Made by a program: the position numbers and the translations under genes. Shown piece by piece: positions 10,114-20,106 of a stretch of DNA of 30,610 nt. Below the pieces are notes generated by a model. That model made no database searches. It saw nothing but the letters and a program-made list of their open reading frames with translations, and had not been told where the DNA came from. Every line of letters begins with the position of its first letter. Position 1 is the first letter of the stretch. The stretch spans positions 1-30,610 of the forward strand of contig NW_021833127.1 of the NCBI RefSeq assembly GCF_006345805.1. Reading direction: 5' to 3'. This stretch comes from Octopus sinensis (lineage: Eukaryota).

Positions 10114-10348
10114 AAGGTGGCGAGCTGGCAGAATCGTTAGCACACCGGGTGAAATGCTTAGCCGTATTTTGTCTGCCGTTACGTTCTGAGTTCAAATTCC
10201 GCCGAGGTCGACTTTGCCTTTCATCCTTTCGGGGTCGATTAAACAAGTACCAGTTACGCACTGGGGTTGATGTAATCGACTTAATCCCTTTGTCTGTCCT
10301 TGTTTGTCCCCTCTGTGTTTAGCCCCTTGTGGGTAGTAAAGAAATAGG
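10114..10348 (+). mobile_element. tRNA-headed SINE family C
   Basis: ggtggcgagctggcagaatcgttag head, gagttcaaattcc B-box, cctttcatcctttcggggtcgat core; 13-bp TSD tatcc[a/c]ttctgtt at 10101-10113 and 10349-10361. Confidence 0.9.
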
Positions 10349-10354
10349 TATCCC

Positions 10355-10905
10355 TTCTGTTGTGGTGGGTAGGCCTTATTGAGTACAGCAACGTACCACA
10401 TATCTCGGTCCTTCGTCATCTTCATAAGCCTCAGCGGTTTGAGATTGGTCTTCAATACTTCAATACCGTTCCACTACATCAAATTTCTTTAGCAACTACC
10501 AAAATACCAAGCATGAAACTATAACAAAAGCCTTCTCCAGGTCGATAAATACTAATTACAAGGACTTACTAATTACAAGGACTTACTCCCAACAAAATAT
10601 TTCCCATGCCGTTGCTTCGTTACTAAAATTAGATCATCGTTATCTTTCCCTGGGGCCGAGCCAAACTTCAACTCTCAAACAGGCTGATACTATTTCTAAT
10701 CAATTATGCTGTTATACTTTTAATAAAATTCATAACCTCGTTTGTTAATTTGAGGCTGTTGTCTACAGCCAGCCCTCTCTGGTGTATTGAAGCTGTCAAG
10801 AACAATACAGCTGAGAAAGATTCACTGGACCATAACGTCCTACAGCATGACCTGATTAACTGCATAATTTAGCAAGCAGATACCTGACTCTACCAGACAT
10901 TTTAA
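10355..10905 (-). mobile_element. RTE-clade LINE reverse-transcriptase relic, internally deleted
   Basis: Minus translation with stops and frameshifts: KMSGRVRY...SLKLTNEVM...LIRNSISL...KFGSAPGK...VFIDLEKAF, fused to the C-terminal DLKxxxL..MTKDRDMWYVAVLNKA-type segment (here NLKPLRLMKMTKDRDMWYVAVLNKA). These match RTE RT motifs (QFGF.PG, F.DLEKAF). Confidence 0.8.
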
Positions 10906-10957
10906 ATAGATATAGGTACAGCCAAGGCTGTGTCATAAGAAGCTCTGTGGTTTTGAA

Positions 10958-11240
10958 GGCAGTGAGCTGGCAGGAATGTTAGTACGCCGGGCAAAATGCT
11001 TCGCGGTATTTCGTCTGCTGCTACGTTCTGAGTTCAAATTCCGCCGAGATTGACTTTGCCTTTCATCCTTTCGGGGTCGATAAATTAAGTACCAGTTACG
11101 CACTGGGGTCGATATGGTCAACTTAATCTGTCTGTCTGTCCTTGTTTGTCCTCTCTATGTTTAGCCCCTTGTGGGCAGAAAAGAAATAGGTATTTCGTCG
11201 GCCGTTACGTTCTGAGTTCAAATTCTGCCGAGATCGACTT
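10958..11240 (+). mobile_element. SINE family C plus partial tandem re-entry
   Basis: Aligns to 10114-10348; after gaaatag the internal segment gtatttcgtc...gatcgacttt is repeated at 11189-11240. Confidence 0.85.
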
Positions 11241-11247
11241 TATATAC

Positions 11248-11282
<35 letters not shown>

Positions 11283-11504
11283 CACATGCATGTATATATA
11301 CATACATATGTATATACACACACACAATGAATAGAAATGGTTTTCTGATAATTTATCCTCTTTAATAATCAGATGTTTGTAAGTTGACAAAAAGAGTGAC
11401 TCTGATAGGAATTTCTCTCTTAAAAGCAGTTTTCAAACTGACATTTGAGAGCTTTTTAATCACTGCTTAAATCAGGAGTGTTTAAACACACACATACACA
11501 CAAG

Positions 11505-12033
11505 CCAAATGAGACCATAACCTCGTGGCCCATGCCAGGAGCGTAACCAGCCCACTTATGCATACCTTGCCTTTTTTGGACACTAAACTCTGCTTGTGAA
11601 CACCTGTTGATGCAAATGAAATCGAAATCAAATTCGATGACTGGCATCCATGCTAGGGGGGGCGGGCAAAGAGCACCATACAGGTGTGATCGTTGCCAGA
11701 GCGGCTAACCGGCTTCTGTGCCAGTGACACATAAAAGGCACCATTTGAGTGTGATCATTACCAGCGTCGCTTTACTGGCGCCTGTGCCGGTGGCATGTGT
11801 AAAAAGATTCGAGTGAGGTCGTTGCCAGTACCGCCTGACGGGCCCCCCGTGACGGTGACACGTAAAAGCACCCACTATACTCTCGGAGTGGTTGGCGTTA
11901 GGAAGGGCATCCAGCTGTAGAAACTCTGCCAAATCAAGACTGGAGCCTGGTTCAGTCATCTGGTTCGCTAGCCCTCAGTCAAAATCGTCCAACCCATGCA
12001 AGCAAGGAAAGTGGACGATGATGATGATGATGA
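11505..12033 (+). mobile_element. RTE 3'-UTR-type element (family A, long variant), copy in duplication unit 1
   Basis: Ends ggagtggttggcgttaggaagggcatccagctgtagaaac...aacccatgc...(GAT)n; internal 50-60 bp subrepeats. The 5' boundary is approximate. Confidence 0.8.
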
Positions 12034-12284
12034 TATGTATATGTATATATATATTATATATACACATGCATGTATATATACATACATATGTATATACACA
12101 CACACAATGAATAGAAATGGTTTTCTGATAATTTATCCTCTTTAATAATCAGATGTTTGTAAGTTGACAAAAAGAGTGACTCTGATAGGAATTTCTCTCT
12201 TAAAAGCAGTTTTCAAACTGACATTTGAGAGCTTTTTAATCACAGCTTAAATCAGGAGTGTTTAAACACACACATACACACAAG

Positions 12285-12813
12285 CCAAATGAGACCATAA
12301 CCTCGTGGCCCATGCCAGGAGCGTAACCAGCCCACTTATGCATACCTTGCCTTTTTTGGACACTAAACTCTGCTTGTGAACACCTGTTGATGCAAATGAA
12401 ATCGAAATCAAATTCGATGACTGGCATCCATGCTAGGGGGGGCGGGCAAAGAGCACCATACAGGTGTGATCGTTGCCAGAGCGGCTAACCGGCTTCTGTG
12501 CCAGTGACACATAAAAGGCACCATTTGAGTGTGATCATTACCAGCGTCGCTTTACTGGCGCCTGTGCCGGTGGCATGTGTAAAAAGATTCGAGTGAGGTC
12601 GTTGCCAGTACCGCCTGACGGGCCCCCCGTGACGGTGACACGTAAAAGCACCCACTATACTCTCGGAGTGGTTGGCGTTAGGAAGGGCATCCAGCTGTAG
12701 AAACTCTGCCAAATCAAGACTGGAGCCTGGTTCAGTCATCTGGTTCGCTAGCCCTCAGTCAAAATCGTCCAACCCATGCAAGCAAGGAAAGTGGACGATG
12801 ATGATGATGATGA
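12285..12813 (+). mobile_element. RTE 3'-UTR-type element (family A), copy in duplication unit 2
   Basis: Identical to 11505-12033. Confidence 0.8.
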
Positions 12814-12950
12814 TATGTATATGTATATATATATATATATATATATACATATCAAGTTTTATTTATTATTTTGCACATTACTTAATCATTGGTATATGTT
12901 TTTATCTTATATTTAATTTTTTCTGTAGGATATAATTTTTTTATATGGTA

Positions 12951-13418
12951 GGTGCAGGAGTGGCTGTGTGGTAAGTAGCTTGCTTACCAGCCACATGGTT
13001 CCGGGTTCAGTCCCACTGCATGGCACCTTGGGCAAGTGTCTTCTACTATAGCCTCGGGCCGACCAAAGCCTTGTGAGTGGATTTGGTAGACGGAAACTGA
13101 AAGAAGCCCGTCGTATATATGTATATATATATATAACCCATGCTAGCATGGAGAACGGACGTTAAACGATATGATGATGATGATGATGATGTGTTTGTGT
13201 GTCTGTGTTTGTGTGTCTGTGTTTGTCCCCCTAGCATTGCTCGACAACCGATGCTGGTGTGTTTACGTCTCCGCCACTTAACGGTTCGGCAAAAGAGACC
13301 GATAGAATAAGTACTGGGCTTACAAAAGAATAAGTCCCAGGGTCGAGTTGCTCGACTAAAGGCGATGCTCCAGCATGGCCGCAGTCAAATGACTGAAACA
13401 AGTAAAAGAGAGTAAAAG
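12951..13418 (+). mobile_element. SINE family B, full length, with a family A tail nested in its central microsatellite
   Basis: Full head, core and right unit; insertion aacccatgctagcatggagaacggacgttaaac(GAT)n at 13135-13190. Confidence 0.92.
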
Positions 13419-13470
13419 GGTATAATTTAATTTTTTCATTGTTGAATTGATAAAAGGTGTTTTTTTTCTA

Positions 13471-13537
<67 letters not shown>

Positions 13538-13559
13538 TATATATGTGTGTGTATGTATC

Positions 13560-13778
13560 TTTTTTTTTTTTTACTTTTTTACTTGTTTCAGTCATTTGAC
13601 TGCGGCCATGCTGGAGCACCGCCTTTAGTCGAGCAAATCGACCCCGGGACTTATTCTTTGTAAGCCCAGTACTTATTCTATCAGTCTCTTTTGCCGAACC
13701 GCTAAGTGACGGGGACGTAAACACCCCAGCATCGGTTGTCAAGCAATGCTAGGGGGACAAACACAGACACACAAACAT

Positions 13779-13809
<31 letters not shown>

Positions 13810-13980
13810 CATATATCCGACAGGCTTCTTTCAGTTTCCGTCTACCAAATCCACTCACAAGGCATTGGTCAGCCCGGGGCTATAGCAGAAGGCACTTGCC
13901 CAAGATGCCACGCAGTGGGACTGAACCCGGAACCATGTGGTTGGTTAGCAAGCTACTTACCACACAGCCACTCCTGCGCC
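13560..13980 (-). mobile_element. SINE family B, full length
   Basis: Reverse complement of the B consensus; possible TSD tatgtat at 13552-13558 and 13981-13987. Confidence 0.92.
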
Positions 13981-14448
13981 TATGTATGTTATTCATTGAC
14001 ATTTTCTGCTTCTCTACACAATATATACAAATATGCCTCCCACCCCCACACACCCACCCACCCACACACACACAGATAAGAACTCATTCAATGAATAAGA
14101 GTGCTGAAATGTAATTGAGAGTTTGCATTCCACTCTTAACCTGTTGCTATGACAACACTATGGGCTAAACCACTTACTCACCTCTTTGACATGCATCAAT
14201 GAACGTAGGCAGGTGAAGCTATAGAGCATACAACAGAAGCCCCTACACAACACACACACACACACACACACATGCGCACGCATACGTATGCACATAGACA
14301 GAGGGAGACACACACACACACAGTGGTTGAATCATTTGCTGAATGTGACCTTGTTTAAGAGATTTTCGTCACACCTAAAGGATCTTGATGTGCGTTTCCA
14401 CGCCCTAGAACCTTAAACAAATGTGTTGTACTCTTCATATGCAGAATG

Positions 14449-14834
14449 GGAGGCGCAATGGCCCAGTGGTTAGGGCAGCGGACTCGCGGTCGTAGGATCG
14501 CGGTTTCGATTCCCAGACCGGGCGTTGTGAGTGTTTATTGAGCGAAAACACCTAAAAGCTCCACGAGGCTCCGGCAGGGGAAGGTGGTGATCCCTGCTGT
14601 ACTCTTTCACCACAACTTTCTCTCACTCTTACTTCCTGTTTCTGTTGTACCTGTATTTCAAAGGGCCGGCCTTGTCACTCTCTGTGTCACGCTGAATATC
14701 CCCGAGAACTACGTTAAGGGTACACGTGTCTGTGGAGTGCTCAGCCACTTACACGTTAATTTCACGAGCAGGCTGTTCTGTTGATCGGATCAACCGGAAC
14801 CCTCATCGTCGTAACTGACAGAGTGCTTCCATTC
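14449..14834 (+). mobile_element. tRNA-headed SINE family D, full length
   Basis: A-box tggcccagtgg, B-box-like ggtttcgattcc, TTCCA-type end; perfect 13-bp TSD catatgcagaatg at 14436-14448 and 14835-14847. Confidence 0.95.
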
Positions 14835-15073
14835 CATATGCAGAATGCTGACATAATCCTTTAAGCTAGACAAAAAAAATTATCTACAGGCTTAGTCAAT
14901 GAGCTAATCTCTAGTTAGGGATTAGCTGTGAGGTTAAACAGTTTGCTTCACACCAATGGGGATTTAGTGAGCCTTTCCATGTCCCAGAACCCTTTGACTT
15001 TTACTCTTAATATGCAAGGTGTCCACCAGTAAGTATCGCAGTTGATGCTAGAAAACGAGAACCAGAACATATA

Positions 15074-15155
15074 TCTAATCTTCTTCGATGTAGTCCCCTT
15101 CTGGAGCCACACAGTTTATCCAGCACCATTTCCATTCTTGGAACTCCTTTTTAGG
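15074..15155 (-). mobile_element. Mariner transposase C-terminal relic
   Basis: Minus: KKEFQEWKWCWINCVAPEGDYIEED*, resembling the mariner ending W..C....GDY.E. Confidence 0.55.
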
Positions 15156-15304
15156 GGACAGCAAGCAGCAGTCTTGTAGCATTCACTTCAAGTGGGATTT
15201 GCTTTTTGGGAAGGTGTTGGTGTCACGTAAAAACCATACTGGCGCCACAGAAAAATTTACCTGTGCAGGTGTCACATATAAGGCACCTGTGCCAGTTCCA
15301 CATA

Positions 15305-15500
15305 TACGAAGGGGTTCTTAAAAGTTCCTGGTTTGGGGTCAAAGAAAATAGAGGAGGATCAGTTAATTATGATTTTATCCAACATGTTCCCCTCTCAGAT
15401 TCAAACACTTATTCCAGCAGTCCTTTAGTTTGTTTAAACTCTGTAAAAGAATTCAGAAGGTAGGGCCTCCAACCAGGCCTTTCGCAAAACCCTTAAAGCC
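15305..15500 (-). mobile_element. Mariner 3'-end relic with TIR
   Basis: TA|cgaaggggttcttaaaagttcc terminus; minus translation KDCWNKCLNLRGEHVG* is a mariner-like C-terminus. Confidence 0.6.
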
Positions 15501-15514
15501 ACCATCTCACACAG

Positions 15515-16130
15515 CACCCAGTACATTCTGTAAAGTGGTTGGCATTAGGAAGGGCATCCAGTCATAGAAACCAAGTAAAATCAGACAATTGGAGCATGAT
15601 CGTTGCCAGAGCAGCTATCTGGCTTCCGTGCCGGTGGCACATAAAAGGCACCATTCGAGTGTGATTGTTACCAGTGTCGCCTTACTGGCACTTGTGCCAG
15701 TGGCATGTGTAAAAACATTCAAGTGAGGTAGTTGCCAGTACCGCCTGAATGGCCCCCGTGCCAGTGGTACGTAAAAGCACCCACTACACTCTTGGAGTGG
15801 TTGGCGTCAGGAAGGGCATCTGGTTGTAGAAACTCTGCCAGATCAAGATTGGAGCCTGTTGCAGCAGCCATCTGGTTCGCCAGTCCTCAGTCATTCATCC
15901 AACCCATGCCAGCATGGAAAGCGGACGTTAAACCATGATGATGATGATGATGCCAAAATGTATATGGAAAGCGGATGTTAAACGATGATGAAGATGAAGA
16001 TGATGATGATGATGAGGAGGAGGAGGAGGATGAGACTGCTGCAGCTCTTCAGTTTGCCAGATGCTGTGAAACTCTCTAACCCATGCCAGAATGGAAAAAA
16101 AAGGACATTCACTGATGCTGATGATGATGA
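15515..16130 (+). mobile_element. Stack of RTE 3' ends (family A): one long copy plus partial tails
   Basis: Conserved block at 15535-15565 and again at ~15795-15830; tail motif atggaaagcggacgttaaac(GAT)n at ~15915, ~15963 and ~16090. Confidence 0.8.
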
Positions 16131-16166
16131 TCATCATCGTCATCACAATCACCATCATCGTCTTAC

Positions 16167-16323
16167 CTGACGCCAGTAGTTCGTTTGTACAGGTATGTAC
16201 GTAGCTTAATGTCGGAGGAATGAGAAAGGATTGCTCAGAACGTGTCGCCGTGCGTGACAACCACGGCTTCTTTATTACCAAGAACGGAAGCACAAAGGTT
16301 TGTCTCGTGACGGAGAAACACAT
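16167..16323 (-). CDS. Candidate exon (ATG to CAG|GTAAGA donor), product unknown
   Basis: Unique CpG-containing island with a consensus donor on minus and aaaATG context. A plus-strand 57-codon frame (16220-16393) is an equally possible reading. Confidence 0.2.
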
Positions 16324-16740
16324 TTTTCGTCTAAGTTTACTCAGCGGATCCCATTCACCTCCCCCACCTAAGTATCATTCCAGTCGTGCTTAAGGTAACC
16401 CAATCCCACAACCCCCCCCCCCCCCGAACTGTTTTTAATCATCAGCCCACCTTAATGACCACTCCCCTCCACCACCCCCACCACCACCGCCACAATTATA
16501 TCCTTGGCACCTGGGGGAGGGGGGACGAGCAAGAAGAGAAACAATTACTCTTGTCATTTTTTCATAATCCAAACTAAATTCACACACTCACACACACACA
16601 CACACACACACAATGCGTAAGTAGCTTGCTTACGAACCACATGGTTCCGGGTTCAGTCCCATTGTGTGTCAGTGTGTGTATGTATTTGTGAATGTGAGCG
16701 TGGGCGTGGATGTGTGTGTAGGTGTTTGTCTAGGTGTCTC

Positions 16741-17136
16741 TTACTCATTTTTACTTGTTTTCAGTCATTTGACTGCGGCCATGCTGGAGCACCGCCTTTT
16801 TAGTCGAGCAACTCGACCCCGGGACTTATTCTTTTGTAAGCCCAGTACTTATTCTATCGGTCTCTTTTGCCGAACCGCTAAGTGATGGGAACGTAAACAC
16901 ACCAGCATCGGTTGTCAAGCAATGCTAGGGGGACAAACACAGACACACAAACATATACACATACATATATATATACGACAGGCTTCTTTCAGTTTCCGTC
17001 TACCAAATCCACTCACAAGGCTTTGGTCGGCCTGGGGCCATAGTAGAAGACACTTGCCCAAGGTGCCACGCAGTGGGACTGAACCCGGAACCATGTGGTT
17101 GGTTAGCAAGCTACTTACCACACAGCCACTCCTGCG
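16741..17136 (-). mobile_element. SINE family B, full length
   Basis: Reverse complement of the B consensus, very similar to 13560-13980. A B-head fragment lies at 16617-16662 (+). Confidence 0.92.
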
Positions 17137-17684
17137 TGCATTTTTATCATCAACTGCATAAAGGATTCAATACCTAAGAAAAGTGGAATATTTTTTAATA
17201 ATTTTATCGACTGAAACTTTGGCTTTCCACCAGGTGTATAGACAAATATGTTTAAACGATATATATTCATTGCATTTATAATTTAATTTATGTATATATA
17301 TGCAGGAGTTCATTTATTATATCTATGTTAATTTATGTATATATATACATTATGCATGTATGAGTATATTTATATATATATTTGCGTAGTTGAATGAATT
17401 ATCTTATTAAGGATAATTCGAATTAACCGATACCTGGGTAGCAAATTCACATCAGAAAAAACACGGTTGAAGTTACGTGCCTAGGGCATAGATTACGTGC
17501 TTTCGTGTGGAAATTTGTATGTTTATTTTGAAAATATAAATATATGAAAGAATGGAGCTGAATATGTCGAAAATAAAGGAATTTTGTTAATTCGTCGTTC
17601 AGCTCCATATATTTATATATATATGTATATATATATAATAATATTAGGGAGTAAATCCAAACTTACAGGGAAAAATTAGATTTA

Positions 17685-17910
17685 GGATAAAAAATAAATA
17701 AATATAAAAATATAAAAAAATAAAAAATATAAATAACAAAATAAATAATTAAATAAAATAATAATAAAAATATATATATATATTTATAATTTATAAGTTT
17801 AAATTATTAATTTAAATAATTTTTTAAAATTTTAACTTTAATTTAAATATTTTAATTGGAATTTTATATTTTATATTTTTTATATATTTTTTAATTAATT
17901 TTATTTCTAT
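17685..17910. repeat. Extremely AT-rich low-complexity tract (A-rich half, then T-rich half)
   Basis: Directly visible. Confidence 0.8.
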
Positions 17911-17939
17911 GTGTTGGCTTATGATTTTCACTGTTTGAT

Positions 17940-17976
17940 TGGTGAAGCAAATCGTTGCTGAACCCTAATTATAAAG

Positions 17977-18008
<32 letters not shown>

Positions 18009-18094
18009 TAGAGGCATGCAGGTAGACAGACAGAGATAGACAGACAGACAGATAGCTAAATAGATTTGTGCTAAATCTTTTCCTAAAAGGCTAT
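17940..18094 (+). repeat. Left arm of long inverted repeat (partner 20107-20277)
   Basis: tggtgaagcaaatcgttgctgaaccctaattataaagtata...tagaggcatgcaggtagacag...tagatttgtgctaaatcttttcctaaaaggctat is the reverse complement of 20107-20277 apart from microsatellite length. Confidence 0.9.
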
Positions 18095-18126
18095 GGTTTT
18101 ATCTCTAATTTAATATAATATATATA

Positions 18127-18620
18127 TCATCATCATCATTTAGCGTCCGCTTTCCATGCTAGCATGGGTTGGACGGGTCAACTGGGGTCTGTGAAGCTGG
18201 AAGGCTTCGTCAGGCCCAGTCAGATCTGGCAGTGTTTCTACGGCTGGATGCCCTTCCTAACGCCAACCACTCCGCGAGTGTGGTGGGTGTTTTTTACGTG
18301 CCACCTGCACAGGTGCCAGACAGAGCTGGCAAACGGCCACGAACGGATGGTGCTTTTACGTGTCACCGGCACGGGGCCAGGCGATGCTGGCAACGGCCAC
18401 GAACGGATGGTGCTTTTACGTGTCACCGGCACGGGGCCAGGCGAGGCTGGCAACGGCCACGAACGGATGGTGCTTTTACGTGTCACCGGCACGGGGCCAG
18501 GCGAGGCTGGCAACGGCCACGAACGGATGGTGCTTTTACGTGTCACCGGCACGGGGCCAGACAGAGCTGGCAAACGGCCACAAACGGACAGTGCTTTTAC
18601 ATGTCACCGGCACGGGGGCC
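18127..18620 (-). mobile_element. RTE 3' end (family A) with expanded 60-bp internal VNTR
   Basis: (CAT)n tail and conserved block, then about 5 units of tgtcaccggcacggggccaggcgaggctggcaacggccacgaacggatggtgcttttacg. Confidence 0.9.
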
Positions 18621-18715
18621 AATATATATATATATGAGAATTTACATATTTATGTCTGTTTTTGAATATACTTGTGTACATATGTATGCAAATGTATGCC
18701 TATATATGTGTGTCA

Positions 18716-19045
18716 CCATCACCATCATCATCATCATCATCGTTTAATATCTGTTTTCCATGCTGGCATGGGTTGGACGATTTGACCAAGGCTGGAATGC
18801 TGGAAGGCTGCACCAGACTCCAGTCTGATTTGGCATGGTTTTCTACGACTGGATGCCCTTCCTAACGCCAACCACTCCGAGAGTATAATGGGTGTTTGTA
18901 TGTGCCACTGACACGGGGGCCATTTGCGTGACACCAGTCTCTACCACAACTATGATTTCACTTGCTTTGATGGGTTTTCTTCTCAAACACAGCATATTGC
19001 CAAAGGTCTCAGTCATTGCCACCATGGGGCCCAACACACGAAAGG
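18716..19045 (-). mobile_element. 5'-truncated RTE LINE (ORF2 C-terminus + 3' UTR + (GAT)n)
   Basis: Minus frame DLWQYAVFEKKTHQSK*, then the family A UTR and tail. Confidence 0.8.
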
Positions 19046-19067
19046 TGTTTTATATATATAAAGATAT

Positions 19068-19320
19068 ATACATTATTTACATTTGATGGATATTTGTCCT
19101 CATCTTGTTTGTTGTTAACACAATGTTTCGGCTTGAATACTCTCCAGCCTTCATCAGGTGTCTTGGGGAAATTTCAGACCTGGGTTCTCATTCCTAAGGT
19201 ATTTTTCGATGTTATTATTGTTATTATTATTATTATCATTATTATTATCCAGGTCACTGCCTGGAATCGAACTCATAATCTTGGGGTTTGTAGCCCATGC
19301 TCTTAACCACTAAGTCATAT
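19068..19320 (-). mobile_element. tRNA-headed element carrying a hammerhead module (family F)
   Basis: Minus: A-box tgacttagtgg (19307-19317), B-box gttcgattcc (19263-19272), (AAT)n spacer, then a 130-bp module homologous to 20770-20905. Confidence 0.7.
19117..19162 (-). ncRNA. Hammerhead motif, family F, partly decayed
   Basis: gacac-CTGATGA-a-ggctggagagtattcaagcc-GAAAC-ATT-gtgtt; the helix III G is mutated to A. Confidence 0.55.
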
Positions 19321-19354
19321 ATAGAGAACTGTATAAAAATATATATATATATAT

Positions 19355-19678
19355 GACAGGCTTCTTTCAGTTTCCGTCTACCAAATCCACTCACAAGGCT
19401 TTTGTGCATTTGGTAGATGGAAACTGAAAGAAGCCTTTCATATATATGTATATATATATATGTGTGTGTGTGTCTGTGTTTGTCCCCCCACCCCCACCCC
19501 AACATTGCTTGACATTCAATGCTGGTGTGTTTACATCTCTGTAACTTACCTGTTCGGCAAAAGAGACCAATTGAATAAGTACTAAGCTTACAAAGAATAA
19601 ATCCCGGGGTCGATTTGCTCGACTAAAGGCGATGCTCCAGCATGGCCACAGTCAAATGAGTGAAACAAGTAAAAGAGT
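19355..19678 (+). mobile_element. SINE family B, headless, with inverted 5' segment
   Basis: 19359-19386 pairs with 19408-19435 (28 bp, 1 mismatch), followed by the normal B right unit. Confidence 0.85.
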
Positions 19679-19684
19679 AATGAT

Positions 19685-20036
19685 ATACATACTGACATAC
19701 ACACACACACACATACAGACACATACATACACTCATATGTACATACATACATTCATTCATTACATACATACATACATACATACGCACATACATACATACA
19801 TACATATATACATACATATATACATACATTCATAACATCCATCCATACATACATAAATCCATACATACATACATACACACATACATACACCCATACATAC
19901 CCTCATACATACATTCATTCATACATACATTCATAACATCCATCCATACATACATACATACACACATACATACATACATACATACATACATACATACATA
20001 CATACATACATACACACACATACATACATGCATACC
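19685..20036. repeat. (TACA/TCCA)n tetranucleotide microsatellite
   Basis: Directly visible. Confidence 0.95.
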
Positions 20037-20106
20037 TGTAGGAGTACCTAATCCATTGACCTAAATAAATCTGTTTCTAGGAATAATGAAAGGTTATCTT
20101 TCTTCA

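Larger units (their letters stand above)
11270..12833. repeat. Near-perfect 780-bp tandem duplication
   Basis: 11281-12053 equals 12061-12833 except one visible substitution (11464 t / 12244 a); junctions lie in (TA)n. Confidence 0.95.

Noticed and set aside
14449-14525. tRNA gene (also the heads at 7190-7268, 19250-19320, 21394-21465)
   Set aside because: A/B boxes are present, but the sequences continue into SINE bodies, two have TSDs, and I could not fold a full cloverleaf.
17553-17611. 11-bp inverted repeat atggagctgaa / ttcagctccat
   Set aside because: Short, single occurrence, with no TSD or family evidence in the window.
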